A stretch of 64,000 nucleotides of DNA. Origin: an uncultured Gemmatimonadales bacterium. Its GTDB lineage: Bacteria > Gemmatimonadota > Gemmatimonadetes > Gemmatimonadales > GWC2-71-9. The stretch is from NCBI GenBank assembly GCA_963844035.1, contig CAWJMT010000003.1, positions 160,001 to 224,000 on the forward strand, given 5' to 3'. The notes under the pieces are model-generated. The model worked only from the letters and a program-made list of their open reading frames with translations, was not told the origin of the DNA and made no database searches. Position numbers and translations under genes: made by a program. Below are positions 42,145-51,690 of this stretch, in pieces. Position 1 is the first letter of the stretch. Each line of letters starts with the position of its first letter.

Positions 42145-44371
42145 CACTCGCGCTCAATCCCGCCCAGGAGACCGCCGTGCGCCACGGGGAGGGACCACTC
42201 CTCGTGCTCGCCGGCGCCGGTTCGGGGAAGACCCGTGTGCTCACGGCGCGCATCGCGCACCTCATCAAGGAGCGCGGCGTACCCCCCGAGCGGGTATTCG
42301 CGGTCACGTTCACCAACAAAGCAGCGGGCGAGATGCGCACCCGGGTGGCCACGCTGTTGGGCGCCGACCCGCGAGGTCTGTGGATCGGCACCTTCCACTC
42401 GCTCTCGGCGCGCGTTGCTGCGGCGTGAGGCCACCCTGCTGGGCTTCGGGTCCAACTTCACGATCTACGATGCAGACGATTCCGAGTCGCTCACCAAACG
42501 CCTGTTGGAGCAGCGCGGGCTGTCGCCCAAGGACAACCCGCCGCGCGCGGTGCACTCGCTGATTTCGGCCGCCAAGAATCGCATGATCGGGCCGGAGGAA
42601 TTCGCCGCCACGGCGGACGGGCCGCTGGCCCGCGCCGCCGCCGAGGTGTACGCCCTGCTCGGGCCGGCGTTGAAGCAGGCGAACGCGATGGACTTCGACG
42701 ACCTGCTGGCGTTGCCGCTCACGTTGTTCGCGACGGTCCCCGAGCGCCTGGCCTACTGGCAGCGCCGGTTCGAGCACGTGCTGGTGGACGAGTTCCAGGA
42801 CACCAACGCCGCACAGTATCAGCTGGTCAAGCTGCTGGCGGGGACTCATCACAACCTCACGGTGGTCGGCGACGACGACCAGGCGATCTACGGCTGGCGC
42901 GGTGCGGACCCGCGCCACATGCTCACCTTCCAGCGGGATTTCGTGGGCACGACGGTCGTCAAGCTGGAGCACAACTACCGCTCGACGCAGATGATCCTGG
43001 ACGCGGCCAACGGCGTCATTGCCGAGAACGCTGCGCGGCTCGGCAAGACGCTGTTTACCACGCACCCCGGCGGCGAGCGGGTGGTCGTGCTCACCACCGC
43101 TGACGAGCGGGACGAAGCCCAATGGCTCGTGCAGGAATTCGCCCGGAGTGGCGGCGGAGACGGACATTCCGTACGAGGGGATGGCGTTTCTGTATCGGAC
43201 CAACGCGCAGTCCCGCCCGCTTGGAAGAAGCGCTGCGCCACCGCGGCATCCCCTACCGCCTCATCGGAGCGGTCAGCTTCTACGAGCGGCGCGAGGTCAA
43301 GGATCTGCTCGCGTATCTGCGGCTGTTGGTCAATCCGGCGGACGACGAGGCGTTCCTGCGGGTGGTGAATGTCCCGCGGCGAGGGATCGGCGATACGTCG
43401 CTCGACTTGCTGGTGCGGACCGCGACCCAGTGGCGGATGCCACTGGCGGCGGCGGCCGCGGTGGCCGATCGGATCCCGGAGCTACGCCCCAACCTGCGCG
43501 AGGCGCTGCGGGCGGTGGCGGCACTGCTCGCGGGGCTGCGCGAGCATTGGGGCCAGGCCGATCCGGCCACGGTCCTGGAGAAGGTGATCGCGGCCACGGG
43601 CTACGAGCGCTATCTCGCCGATGAGGGGGCGGAGGGGGTGGACCGGCTGGAGAACGTGCAGGAGCTGATTGCGGGCGCGGCGGAGTGGGCCGAGGTCGCG
43701 GTGGCGGGGAACGGCGCCGGAGGGGACGAGCCCGCGACCCTGCTGGAGCGGTACCTGACGCAGGTGGCGCTGGTGACGCCGGCCGACGGCGGGGCGGACG
43801 CGCCGGGCGGAGTGTCCTGATGACCGTCCACATGGCCAAGGGGCTCGAGTGGTCGCTGGTGGCGTTGACCGGTCTCGAGGACGGGCTATTCCCGCTGAGT
43901 CGCTCGGTGGGCGTCCCGGGTGGGGTGGAGGAGGAACGCCGGTTATGCTACGTGGGCCTCACGCGCGCGCGCGAAAAATTGTATCTCTCATGGGCGCGAA
44001 CCCGCTACCGGCACGGCCGGCTGGAGCTGTCGGAGCCGTCGCGCTTTCTCGAATCCGTTCCGGCCGGCGTGATCGAGGAAAAGGGCACGAGTGTGCGGTG
44101 GGATCGCCCGATGCGCGGGCGGCCATCCGCGGCGCGCGCTGGCGACGTGAGTTGGGACGAAGAGCCGTCAGATGAGCCGTCACAGGATGCGCCCCGCTAC
44201 GCGAACGGAGAGCGGGTGCGCCATCGGAAGTTCGGTGCCGGAGTGGTTCGTGCCGTCGCGGGATCGGGGCGGGCGCTCAAGGTGACCGTGGAGTTCGACG
44301 CCCCCGACATCGGAACCAAACAGCTGCTCGTGGCCTATGCCGGCCTCGAGCGGGAGTGGGAGAGTGCATGA
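42141..44371 (+). CDS. pcrA: UvrD/PcrA helicase (frameshifts near 42412, 43142, 43220, 43812)
   Basis: [64 protein letters not shown]. Confidence 0.93.
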
Positions 44372-44680
44372 GCGTATCGCGTGAGGACGTGTTGAAGATC
44401 GCCCAGCTGGCGGAGCTCGAGGTCGACGAGGCCACGCTGCCCGCGCTCGCGGACCAGATGTCGCGCATCCTCGACTACGTGGCGCAGATCAGCGGCGTCG
44501 CGGCGAGCGAGACGGTGAAGCCGTTCATTCCGGGACCCGACGCGCTGCCGGTTCCGGGCCGACGAGGTGAAGCCGATTCCCCTCGCCTTCGGCCCCGACA
44601 CGTTTGCGCCCGCATTCAAGGAGGGATTCTTTCTCGTGCCGAAGCTCGGGCAGTTTGAGGGAGCGGAGGGCGACGAGTGA
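44368..44680 (+). CDS. gatC: Asp/Glu-tRNA amidotransferase subunit C (frameshift near 44548)
   Basis: SREDVLKIAQLAEL; shifted frame GFFLVPK; upstream of gatA. Confidence 0.88.
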
Positions 44681-46065
44681 GCGACACGAGCGACGCTCTC
44701 GCGAGCGCGAAGGCGGCGGCCGATCGCATCGTGAAGGCCAAGCGGCTCAACGCATGCCTGACGCCGCCCAAGGAACTGCGAAGCTCGTTGCTGCGGCAGG
44801 CGCAGACCGCGCATCCCTCCGGCGTGCTGTACGGCATGCCGGTGGCCGTCAAGGACAACATCTGCACGCTCGAGTTTACGACCACGTGCGGGTCCAAGAT
44901 CCTCGAGGGCTACCGCTCGCCCTACGAAGCGACCGCGATCACCAAGCTGAAGGCCGCGGGGGCGTTGATCGCCGGCAAGGCGAACTGCGACGAGTTCGCC
45001 ATGGGGTCGTCCACCGAGCATTCGGCGTACGGCCGCACGGTGCACCCGATGGACAAGGCGCGCGTGCCGGGCGGTTCGTCCGGCGGCTCGGCCGCGCTCG
45101 TCGCCGCCGGCGCGGTCCCCGCGGCGCTCGGCTCCGAGACCGGCGGATCGGTCCGCCAGCCGGCGTCGTTCTGCGGCGTCGTCGGCATCAAGCCGACGTA
45201 CGGCCGCGTGTCCCGGTCGGGACTGGTGGCGTTCGGCTCGTCGCTCGATCAGATCGGCGTGGTCGGACGCAGCGTCCACGATGCGGCGCGCGTGCTGTCG
45301 GTGATCAGCGGACGCGACCCCCGCGATGCGACCTGCGAGGACCGCGATCCGCTCCGCCTCCCGACGGTGCCCGAGTCGCTGCAGGGGTTCGTGATCGGGG
45401 TGCCCAAGGAATATTTCCCGGCGGATCTCGATCCGGGCGTGCGGCGGGCGTGCGATCGCGCGCTGCGCTTGCTGCGCGAGCTGGGCGCCGCCGTGCGCGA
45501 GGTCTCGCTGCCGCACACCGCCTATGCCGTCCCGACCTACTACATCATCGCGCCGGCCGAAGCCTCGTCGAACCTCGCGCGCTACGACGGGGCGCGCTAC
45601 GGCCCCCGGTTCAACGGCAGCACGGACGTGCAGGCGCTGTACCGGCACACGCGCGGGGAGGGATTCGGGGCGGAAGTGCAGCGCCGCATTCTCGTGGGCA
45701 CGTACGTGCTCTCCTCCGGCTACTACGACGCGTACTACCGCAAGGCGCAGCAGATGCGGGCGTTGATCGCCCAGGACTTCCGCAACGCCTTCGACCGGGG
45801 AGTCGATTTGCTCTTCACGCCCACCACGCCGACTCCCGCGTTCAAGGCCGGCGAGAAAACCGCTGACCCCGTCGCCATGTACCTCTCCGACGTCTACACC
45901 GTGACGGCGAACCTCGCCGGGCTTCCGGCGCTTTCGCTGCCGGTCGGCCGGATCAAGGGATTGCCGATCGGCGGGCAGTTCATCGGCCAGGCGTTCCTCG
46001 AGGACGAAATGCTCGAGGCTGCGTACGCGCTCGAGCGCGTCGTGCCCGCCGGGGAGGAGGTCTGA
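44677..46065 (+). CDS. gatA: Asp/Glu-tRNA amidotransferase subunit A
   Basis: VKDNI, EFAMGSSTE, GGSSGGS, GSETGGSVRQPA, EASSNLARYDG. Confidence 0.97.
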   Translation: MSDTSDALASAKAAADRIVKAKRLNACLTPPKELRSSLLRQAQTAHPSGVLYGMPVAVKDNICTLEFTTTCGSKILEGYRSPYEATAITKLKAAGALIAGKANCDEFAMGSSTEHSAYGRTVHPMDKARVPGGSSGGSAALVAAGAVPAALGSETGGSVRQPASFCGVVGIKPTYGRVSRSGLVAFGSSLDQIGVVGRSVHDAARVLSVISGRDPRDATCEDRDPLRLPTVPESLQGFVIGVPKEYFPADLDPGVRRACDRALRLLRELGAAVREVSLPHTAYAVPTYYIIAPAEASSNLARYDGARYGPRFNGSTDVQALYRHTRGEGFGAEVQRRILVGTYVLSSGYYDAYYRKAQQMRALIAQDFRNAFDRGVDLLFTPTTPTPAFKAGEKTADPVAMYLSDVYTVTANLAGLPALSLPVGRIKGLPIGGQFIGQAFLEDEMLEAAYALERVVPAGEEV

Positions 46066-47501
46066 TGCCTCCCTCGACCGGGTGGGAGACCGTCATCGGG
46101 CTCGAGACGCACGTGCAGCTGGGCACGGCGACCAAGATGTTCTGCGGGTGCTCTGCAGCGTTCGGGGCGCGCCCCAACACCAACGTCTGCCCGGTATGCC
46201 TGGGGCTCCCGGGCGCCCTGCCGGTGCCGAACGAGATGGCGGTCAAGCTCGCGACGCGGGCGGCCCTCGCGCTCGGGTGCACCGTGCACGGCCGCAGCAT
46301 CTTCGCGCGCAAGAACTACTTCTATCCGGACCTCCCCAAGGGATACCAGATCTCGCAGTTCGAGAGCCCGCTCGCGACCGACGGGTCGGTCTCGTATCTG
46401 TCGCCCGACCGCGGCGTCGTCACGGCGACCATCGGGCGCCTGCATATGGAGGAGGACGCGGGGAAGTCGCTGCACGACCGCTTCCCGAAGCACACCGCGG
46501 TGGATCTGAACCGCTGCGGCGTACCGTTGATCGAGATCGTGACCGGTCCCGATTTCCGATCGGCGCCGGAGGCGCGCGCCTACCTGCTCACGCTCAAACA
46601 GGTGCTCGAGTACGCCGGCATCTCCGAGTGCGACATGGAGAAGGGCAGTCTGCGCGTGGACGCGAACGTCTCGATCCGGCGCATGGGGGAGACCGTCCTC
46701 GGCACGAAGACCGAGCTCAAGAACATCAACTCGTTTGCGTACGTCGAAAAGGCGCTGGTGGTCGAGCGGGACCGGCAGGTGGCGTTGATCGAGTCCGGTG
46801 GCACGGTGGTGCAGCAGACGATGCTGTACGACTCCAAGACCAACGAAGTCCGTGCGCAGCGCCTCAAGGAAGAGAGCCACGACTACCGCTATTTCCCGGA
46901 TCCCGACCTGCCGCCGCTCGTGCTGCGCCCCGAGTTCATCGCGGAGCAGCAGACGCAGCTGCCGGAGCTGCCGGCGCGCAAGCGCGAGCGGTTCGTCGCC
47001 GAGTACGCGCTCAGCGTGAACGACGCCGCGGTGCTGACGGCGGAGCGCGCGGTGGCCGAGTACTACGAAAAGGTCGCCGGAGCGGGAGCGGAGCCCAAGG
47101 CGGCGGCAAACTGGGTGATGGGCGAGGTGCTGGCCGATGCGAAGGATCACGGAGAGCGGTTGCGCGTGCAGCCGGGCGCGCTCGCCCAGCTGATCGCCCT
47201 CGTCAAGGGAGGCACGGTCTCGCATCAGGCCGCGAAACGGGTGTTTGTGGAGCTGGCGGAGCACGGCGGCGAACCGCGCACGGTCGCTGAGGCGCTCGGC
47301 CTGGTACAGGTGGCCGACTCGGGCGTGCTTGCGGGCTGGGTCAACGACGTATTGGGCGCCCATACGGCGGAGGTCGGCCGTTACAAGGGCGGTGAGACCA
47401 AGCTGCTGCAGTTCTTCGTGGGGCAGGTGATGAAGACGTCGCGCGGTAAGGCCGATCCGAAGCTGACGCAGCGCCTGTTGGAGGAGCGGCTTGCTTCCTA
47501 G
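46065..47501 (+). CDS. gatB: Asp/Glu-tRNA amidotransferase subunit B
   Basis: VIGLETHVQL, RKNYFYPDLPKGYQISQ, HMEEDAGK, DYRYFPDPDL. Confidence 0.98.
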   Translation: MPPSTGWETVIGLETHVQLGTATKMFCGCSAAFGARPNTNVCPVCLGLPGALPVPNEMAVKLATRAALALGCTVHGRSIFARKNYFYPDLPKGYQISQFESPLATDGSVSYLSPDRGVVTATIGRLHMEEDAGKSLHDRFPKHTAVDLNRCGVPLIEIVTGPDFRSAPEARAYLLTLKQVLEYAGISECDMEKGSLRVDANVSIRRMGETVLGTKTELKNINSFAYVEKALVVERDRQVALIESGGTVVQQTMLYDSKTNEVRAQRLKEESHDYRYFPDPDLPPLVLRPEFIAEQQTQLPELPARKRERFVAEYALSVNDAAVLTAERAVAEYYEKVAGAGAEPKAAANWVMGEVLADAKDHGERLRVQPGALAQLIALVKGGTVSHQAAKRVFVELAEHGGEPRTVAEALGLVQVADSGVLAGWVNDVLGAHTAEVGRYKGGETKLLQFFVGQVMKTSRGKADPKLTQRLLEERLAS

Positions 47502-48116
47502 ATGACGGCAGCACACCCTAACGCGCGGCTGGAAGCGCTCTGCGATGGCGTCTTCGCAATCGCGCTGACGTTGTTGATTCTCGAAGTCAAACTTCCTCCC
47601 ACGGAGAGCGTTGCCGGTACCGCCGCGTTGTGGCGGGCACTGCGGCATTTGGCTCCAGCGATATTCGCGTTCGTCTTGAGCTTCGGGATTATCCTCATCA
47701 CCTGGGTGAATCACCGCGCCACACTGAACCTGGTGAACAACTCATCCGCGGCGTTCATCTATGCGAATGGGTTCTTGTTGCTCACGGTTGTGTGTATGCC
47801 CTTTCCGACGGCGTTGCTCGGCGAATTCCTTTTTACCGACCACGCCGCTCCCGCAGTGGTACTCTACGTCGCGGTCCTGGCGGTTCAAGCGATCGGCTGG
47901 ATCCTGGTAACCGGCGCGGCACTGAAGGACCAACTTGCCACGGGCGTGCGATCAGCGTCGACGCTGCGTGACAACAAGCGAAACGGATATTTTGCGTTCG
48001 CGCTCTATGCTGTGCTTGCCGTGACGGCGCTCTGGTTTCCTCTCGTCATTGCCGTCATCACCATGCTGTCCTGGATCTTCTGGTTGGTGCTGAGCATTCG
48101 CATGAAGCACGCATGA
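47502..48116 (+). CDS. TMEM175 (DUF1211) family potassium channel-like protein
   Basis: RLEALCDGVFAIALTLLILE, SFGII...WVNH, PFPT. Confidence 0.88.
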   Translation: MTAAHPNARLEALCDGVFAIALTLLILEVKLPPTESVAGTAALWRALRHLAPAIFAFVLSFGIILITWVNHRATLNLVNNSSAAFIYANGFLLLTVVCMPFPTALLGEFLFTDHAAPAVVLYVAVLAVQAIGWILVTGAALKDQLATGVRSASTLRDNKRNGYFAFALYAVLAVTALWFPLVIAVITMLSWIFWLVLSIRMKHA

Positions 48117-48469
48117 GTGCGATGCCGGCCGCCGTCCGGTACGGTCTCGGCTTGCTGGCTATCGCGCTGGTAGTCAGGGTGGTCACGATGGCGGGCACAG
48201 GCAGGAGCCCGTTCATGGCGCTGGCCGCACTGCTCATTACCGGAAGCCTGCTGATTACGGCTGCTCGACGGCGGAACTGGGCACGTATCGCCCTCGTCCT
48301 CCTTGTTGTCGTCGGCGTCGCATTCAATACGATGTCGCTCCCGATTGAGCTTGACCAGGATCGCCTCGCAGCGACCTCGAGCGTGGTACAGTCGATCCTT
48401 CAGGCTTGCGGCGTGATTCTCCTGCTTCGCCAGAGCTCCGTGAGGTGGTACAGCGCTTCCCAACAATAG
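48113..48469 (+). CDS. Small hypothetical membrane protein
   Basis: 4 TMs, RRNWARI motif. Confidence 0.7.
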   Translation: MSAMPAAVRYGLGLLAIALVVRVVTMAGTGRSPFMALAALLITGSLLITAARRRNWARIALVLLVVVGVAFNTMSLPIELDQDRLAATSSVVQSILQACGVILLLRQSSVRWYSASQQ

Positions 48470-48478
48470 ATTTCCTTC

Positions 48479-49036
48479 ATGGCCACCCAGTACTACACCG
48501 CCTCCAGTCTCGATGGCTTCATCGCCACGACCGATCACTCCCTGGAATGGCTCTTCTCCCTCGGCGACGTCGCGGACACCAGCTATCCAACGTTCATCAC
48601 TCAAGTGGGCGCGCTGGCGATGGGATCGTCCACGTACGAGTGGATGCTGCGACATGTGGTCGGCCCGGAGGCCGACCACCCGGAGCCCTGGCCCTACCAG
48701 CAGCCGACGTGGGTATTCAGCTCTCGAGCGCTGCCGGCTGTTCCAGGAGCCAACCTTCACTTTGTGCGTGGAGACGTTCGGCCAGTCCACGATTGGATGC
48801 GAAAGGCCGCGGGCGAGAAAAACATCTGGCTGGTCGGGGGTGGACACCTGGTGGGGCAATTCTACGACCAGGGGTTGCTGGACGAGATCTTCGTGCAGGT
48901 CGGGTCGGTGATCCTTGGTGCCGGTCGGCCGCTGCTTCCCCGTGCCATTATCAAGCCGGCGCTGCGGCTCCTCTCCGTGCGGTCCGTTGGGACCGGATTC
49001 GCCGAGCTGCACTACGCGGTTCCGCCACGGCCCTAG
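48479..49036 (+). CDS. Dihydrofolate reductase / RibD C-terminal family protein
   Basis: ASSLDGFIA, MGSSTYE, IWLVGGG, GLLDEI, LGAGRPL. Confidence 0.9.
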   Translation: MATQYYTASSLDGFIATTDHSLEWLFSLGDVADTSYPTFITQVGALAMGSSTYEWMLRHVVGPEADHPEPWPYQQPTWVFSSRALPAVPGANLHFVRGDVRPVHDWMRKAAGEKNIWLVGGGHLVGQFYDQGLLDEIFVQVGSVILGAGRPLLPRAIIKPALRLLSVRSVGTGFAELHYAVPPRP

Positions 49037-49961
49037 GTCGGCTCCTCAACCAACCGGGCCTCCCTTCCAGGGTCGCTGCGCCCGCGACTGCCTGCCAGTA
49101 GCTGAGCGACCCCGGGGGCAACCCGAAGTGCCCCTCGGCCGTTTCTGCTAGCCGCTCGGGAGCCCCACGCGCCCCGTCGCCCAGCGCGTGGCGGCGCATG
49201 CGCTTTGCGAGCCCGAGCGCCTGTGTGCCCGCGGGATCGAGGCGGCGCGCCGCGGAGTCGGTCTGTCCCAACGTCTCCATCACATACTCGAACGCCACGG
49301 CCATCTGCCGGTCGACTTCCGAGTCGGCGAGATCCCAGCGACTGGAGTCGCGCAGCGTCTGGAACACCCATTGCCAGCTCTGGCTGTCGGTCAGGTGCAC
49401 CATGCCGCGAAACAGCCGCCGGCTGGTCCGCACGCTGAACAACGTGGGCGAGATAATGCCGTCGAGGTGGGCGTCGCTCGCGCCGTGGTCCCGAAGGATC
49501 ACCTCCTTGGCGGTGGCCGAGTACGCGTCGCCGAGGTGCGTCTCGAACCGGCTCTCCCAGTACGAATGGCCGATCGCGGTCGTCGTGGTGGTCAGCACGA
49601 GTTGTCGCGGCACGAAGAAGTTGTGCGCCACCGTGTCGGCGGCGAGGTGCGACAGGTAGCCGAGCCCGAAGGCGCGCAGCGGATCGGTGGGCGCGAGGTC
49701 GAATATTTCCTGGCCCACGTGCCAGGCGTGGCAGTGGCGGCCCACCGGCGCGTATTTCTTGGCGAGGGACGTATCGGCCGCGATGTTGCCGTACAGGAAG
49801 TCGTACGGGAAGGTCCGGAGCAGGTCGGCGATGGCGGTCGGCAGCTGGTGCAGATTCGCGAGCGCCGACTCGCCGAGGAAGATGTGCGTGCCGGGCGTCC
49901 AGGCGTGCGCGACGCCCGGGAGCAGCGCCAGCGCGATCACCGCGGCGCCGGCAGGGACCAC
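48951..49961 (-). CDS. Zinc-dependent phospholipase C family protein (true stop probably near 49040)
   Basis: Signal peptide then AWTPGTH, GNIAAD, GYLSHLAADTVAH, GHSYWE. Confidence 0.82.
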   Translation of the reverse strand: MVPAGAAVIALALLPGVAHAWTPGTHIFLGESALANLHQLPTAIADLLRTFPYDFLYGNIAADTSLAKKYAPVGRHCHAWHVGQEIFDLAPTDPLRAFGLGYLSHLAADTVAHNFFVPRQLVLTTTTTAIGHSYWESRFETHLGDAYSATAKEVILRDHGASDAHLDGIISPTLFSVRTSRRLFRGMVHLTDSQSWQWVFQTLRDSSRWDLADSEVDRQMAVAFEYVMETLGQTDSAARRLDPAGTQALGLAKRMRRHALGDGARGAPERLAETAEGHFGLPPGSLSYWQAVAGAATLEGRPGWLRSRPRAVAEPRSAARRIRSQRTARRGAAAPA

Positions 49962-49969
49962 CCAGCGCT

Positions 49970-50388
49970 TCAGCGTTTCTTGCGTCCGCGCTTCAGGCGC
50001 TCGCGGCCCCAGTCGATCAGGGAGATGCTGCGGAGCAGCATGCGAACCGTGGCGGCGAGGTCGATCACGGTCGCCTGAACCGATCCCTGCACCCCGCCCA
50101 GCAGCGCATTGACCTGGACCAGGCGGGCTTCGGCGGCGTCGGCGGCTTTCAGGATGCGCCCGCGCACGTCGCGGGACGTTGCCGTCACCGCCTCCACCTC
50201 GGTGCGAACCGTGGCGATGACCTGCCGCACGTCATCGAGGGCGGGGCCCGCGAGCTGCTGCAGCGCGCGCAGCTGCCGCTCGCATGCCCAGCGCAACGCC
50301 CCACGATCGCCGCGGCGACGGAGAGCGCCGAGAGCGCGATGATGGCGAGCGACAGCGCCGTGACGACCCCTACCCATGTTGGCATCAT
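49970..50388 (-). CDS. DUF948-like membrane-anchored coiled-coil protein (frameshift near 50290)
   Basis: N-terminal TM in ORF 50185..50388 joins the helical region of ORF 49970..50377. Confidence 0.65.
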
Positions 50389-50393
50389 TTGCC

Positions 50394-51629
50394 TCAGTCC
50401 CGGTCCGGATCGGACCTAAGCTCCACTGCGGGAATGCCTGCTGTCAACCGTGGCGGCGCAGCAGCAAGGCGCATCACGGCCGGCGCGACCGCCTGAGTGA
50501 GGACAACGCCGAGCGCGATCGTCGTCAGCACCGCGCCCCCGCGTGCCGCGGGCGAGTGAAAACCCGAGGCCGAGCGCGAGCGCCGAGGCGCCCTGCGCGA
50601 CGCTCGCGAGTCCGGCGATCGACGGCAGCGCCGCCGCCGGGAGATAGCCGAGGCCCGATCGGACCGTGCCCCACTGCACGATGACGCGCAGCGCCGCCAG
50701 GACGGGCGCGGCGGCCAGCACCCAGAACGTCGGCAGCGTGAGGGCCGCGCCCACCAGCACGAACAGCAGCTCGTACGACGGGCGGGCCCAGGCCGCGAGC
50801 AGCGCCGCGCACCTGGTGGCGATGGGGCGAGCGATTGACGATGACGGCGACCGCCAGCCCGCACACCACGAACGGCGACAGGTCGGCGGCGTACCCCAGG
50901 CCCGCTCCGAACAGTAGCACCGCGATGAGCGCCACCCCGAGGTCGGACTGCTCGCGTGCCAACCGCGAGACGCCCAGGAACAGCATTGCCGACGAGCGCG
51001 CCGGCCGCGACCTCCAGCACCAGCGCGACGATCCAGCCGGGCACGAACCCCGCCACGCGCGGGTGCTGCCATCCGAGCGCGATCGCGCATACCAGCGCGC
51101 CCCACGCCGCGTTGAGCAGCGCCACGCGGCGGAGCGAGCGGGCCAATCGCGGCGCCAGCCCCGCGGCCCGTGCCGCCCGTTCCATCGCGCCCGCCCCCGG
51201 AATCACGGCGACGGCGCCGAGGGTGAGTGCGGCGGGCACGCGCGGGGTCCACGCCGCCGCCAGCGCCGGCACGAGCTTCGTGCCGAGCCAGGCTGTCAGG
51301 AACCCGATGCCCACACCGGCGACCGCCTGTGCCGCGACGACGCCCCAGGTCTCCGGCCGGACGCGGCGCACCATGCGCCAGTCCCAGCGCGCGCCCAGAC
51401 GCGCGCCCACCCATCCGACCACCAGGGCCGAGACGGGTGCCAGCGCGGTGAGTGCGGCGCGGTCGAGCAGTCCGGCGACGGGCCCAAGCACCAGGCCCAG
51501 GAGCAGCAGCGGCATGCCGCTGGCGTAGAGCAGTTGAAGCGTGGGGGAGCGCGGTGTCGGCAGGGGGCGAAGTCGCGTCGCGAGCAGGCCGGCGATGGAA
51601 AGAAGCGCGAGCGCGACGGTCGAAGTCAT
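50394..51629 (-). CDS. Cation:proton antiporter-like polytopic membrane protein (frameshifts near 50985, 50810, 50560)
   Basis: LLLGLVLGP, VGWVG, LSPFVVC, LLFVLVGA, AQGASALAL; 10+ TMs. Confidence 0.7.
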   Translation of the reverse strand: MTSTVALALLSIAGLLATRLRPLPTPRSPTLQLLYASGMPLLLLGLVLGPVAGLLDRAALTALAPVSALVVGWVGARLGARWDWRMVRRVRPETWGVVAAQAVAGVGIGFLTAWLGTKLVPALAAAWTPRVPAALTLGAVAVIPGAGAMERAARAAGLAPRLARSLRRVALLNAAWGALVCAIALGWQHPRVAGFVPGWIVALVLEVAAGALVGNAVPGRLAVGTRAVRPRGGAHRGATVRSGPGVRRRPVAVRGVRAGGRRHRQSLAPSPPGARRCSRPGPARRTSCCSCWWARPSRCRRSGCWPPRPSWRRCASSCSGARSDRASAISRRRRCRRSPDSRASRRAPRRSRSASGFHSPAARGGAVLTTIALGVVLTQAVAPAVMRLAAAPPRLTAGIPAVELRSDPDRD

Positions 51630-51651
51630 CGCGCCAAACATGCGCGCACGC

Positions 51652-51681
51652 TTGACGCGAGCGCAAGCCGCGCCGTAGGTT
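51652..51681 (+). promoter_or_regulatory. sigma70 promoter for murA
   Basis: TTGACG-18 nt-TAGGTT, 9 nt before ATG, no SD. Confidence 0.6.
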
Positions 51682-51690
51682 GGGCGCACG

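Noticed and set aside
44156..44183. GAGCCGTCA direct repeat in pcrA
   Set aside because: Two-copy in-frame duplication (DEEPSDEPS) in a linker
42141..44680. pcrA and gatC as pseudogenes or programmed frameshifts
   Set aside because: Motifs intact, breaks scattered window-wide, no slippery sites; sequencing error is more likely
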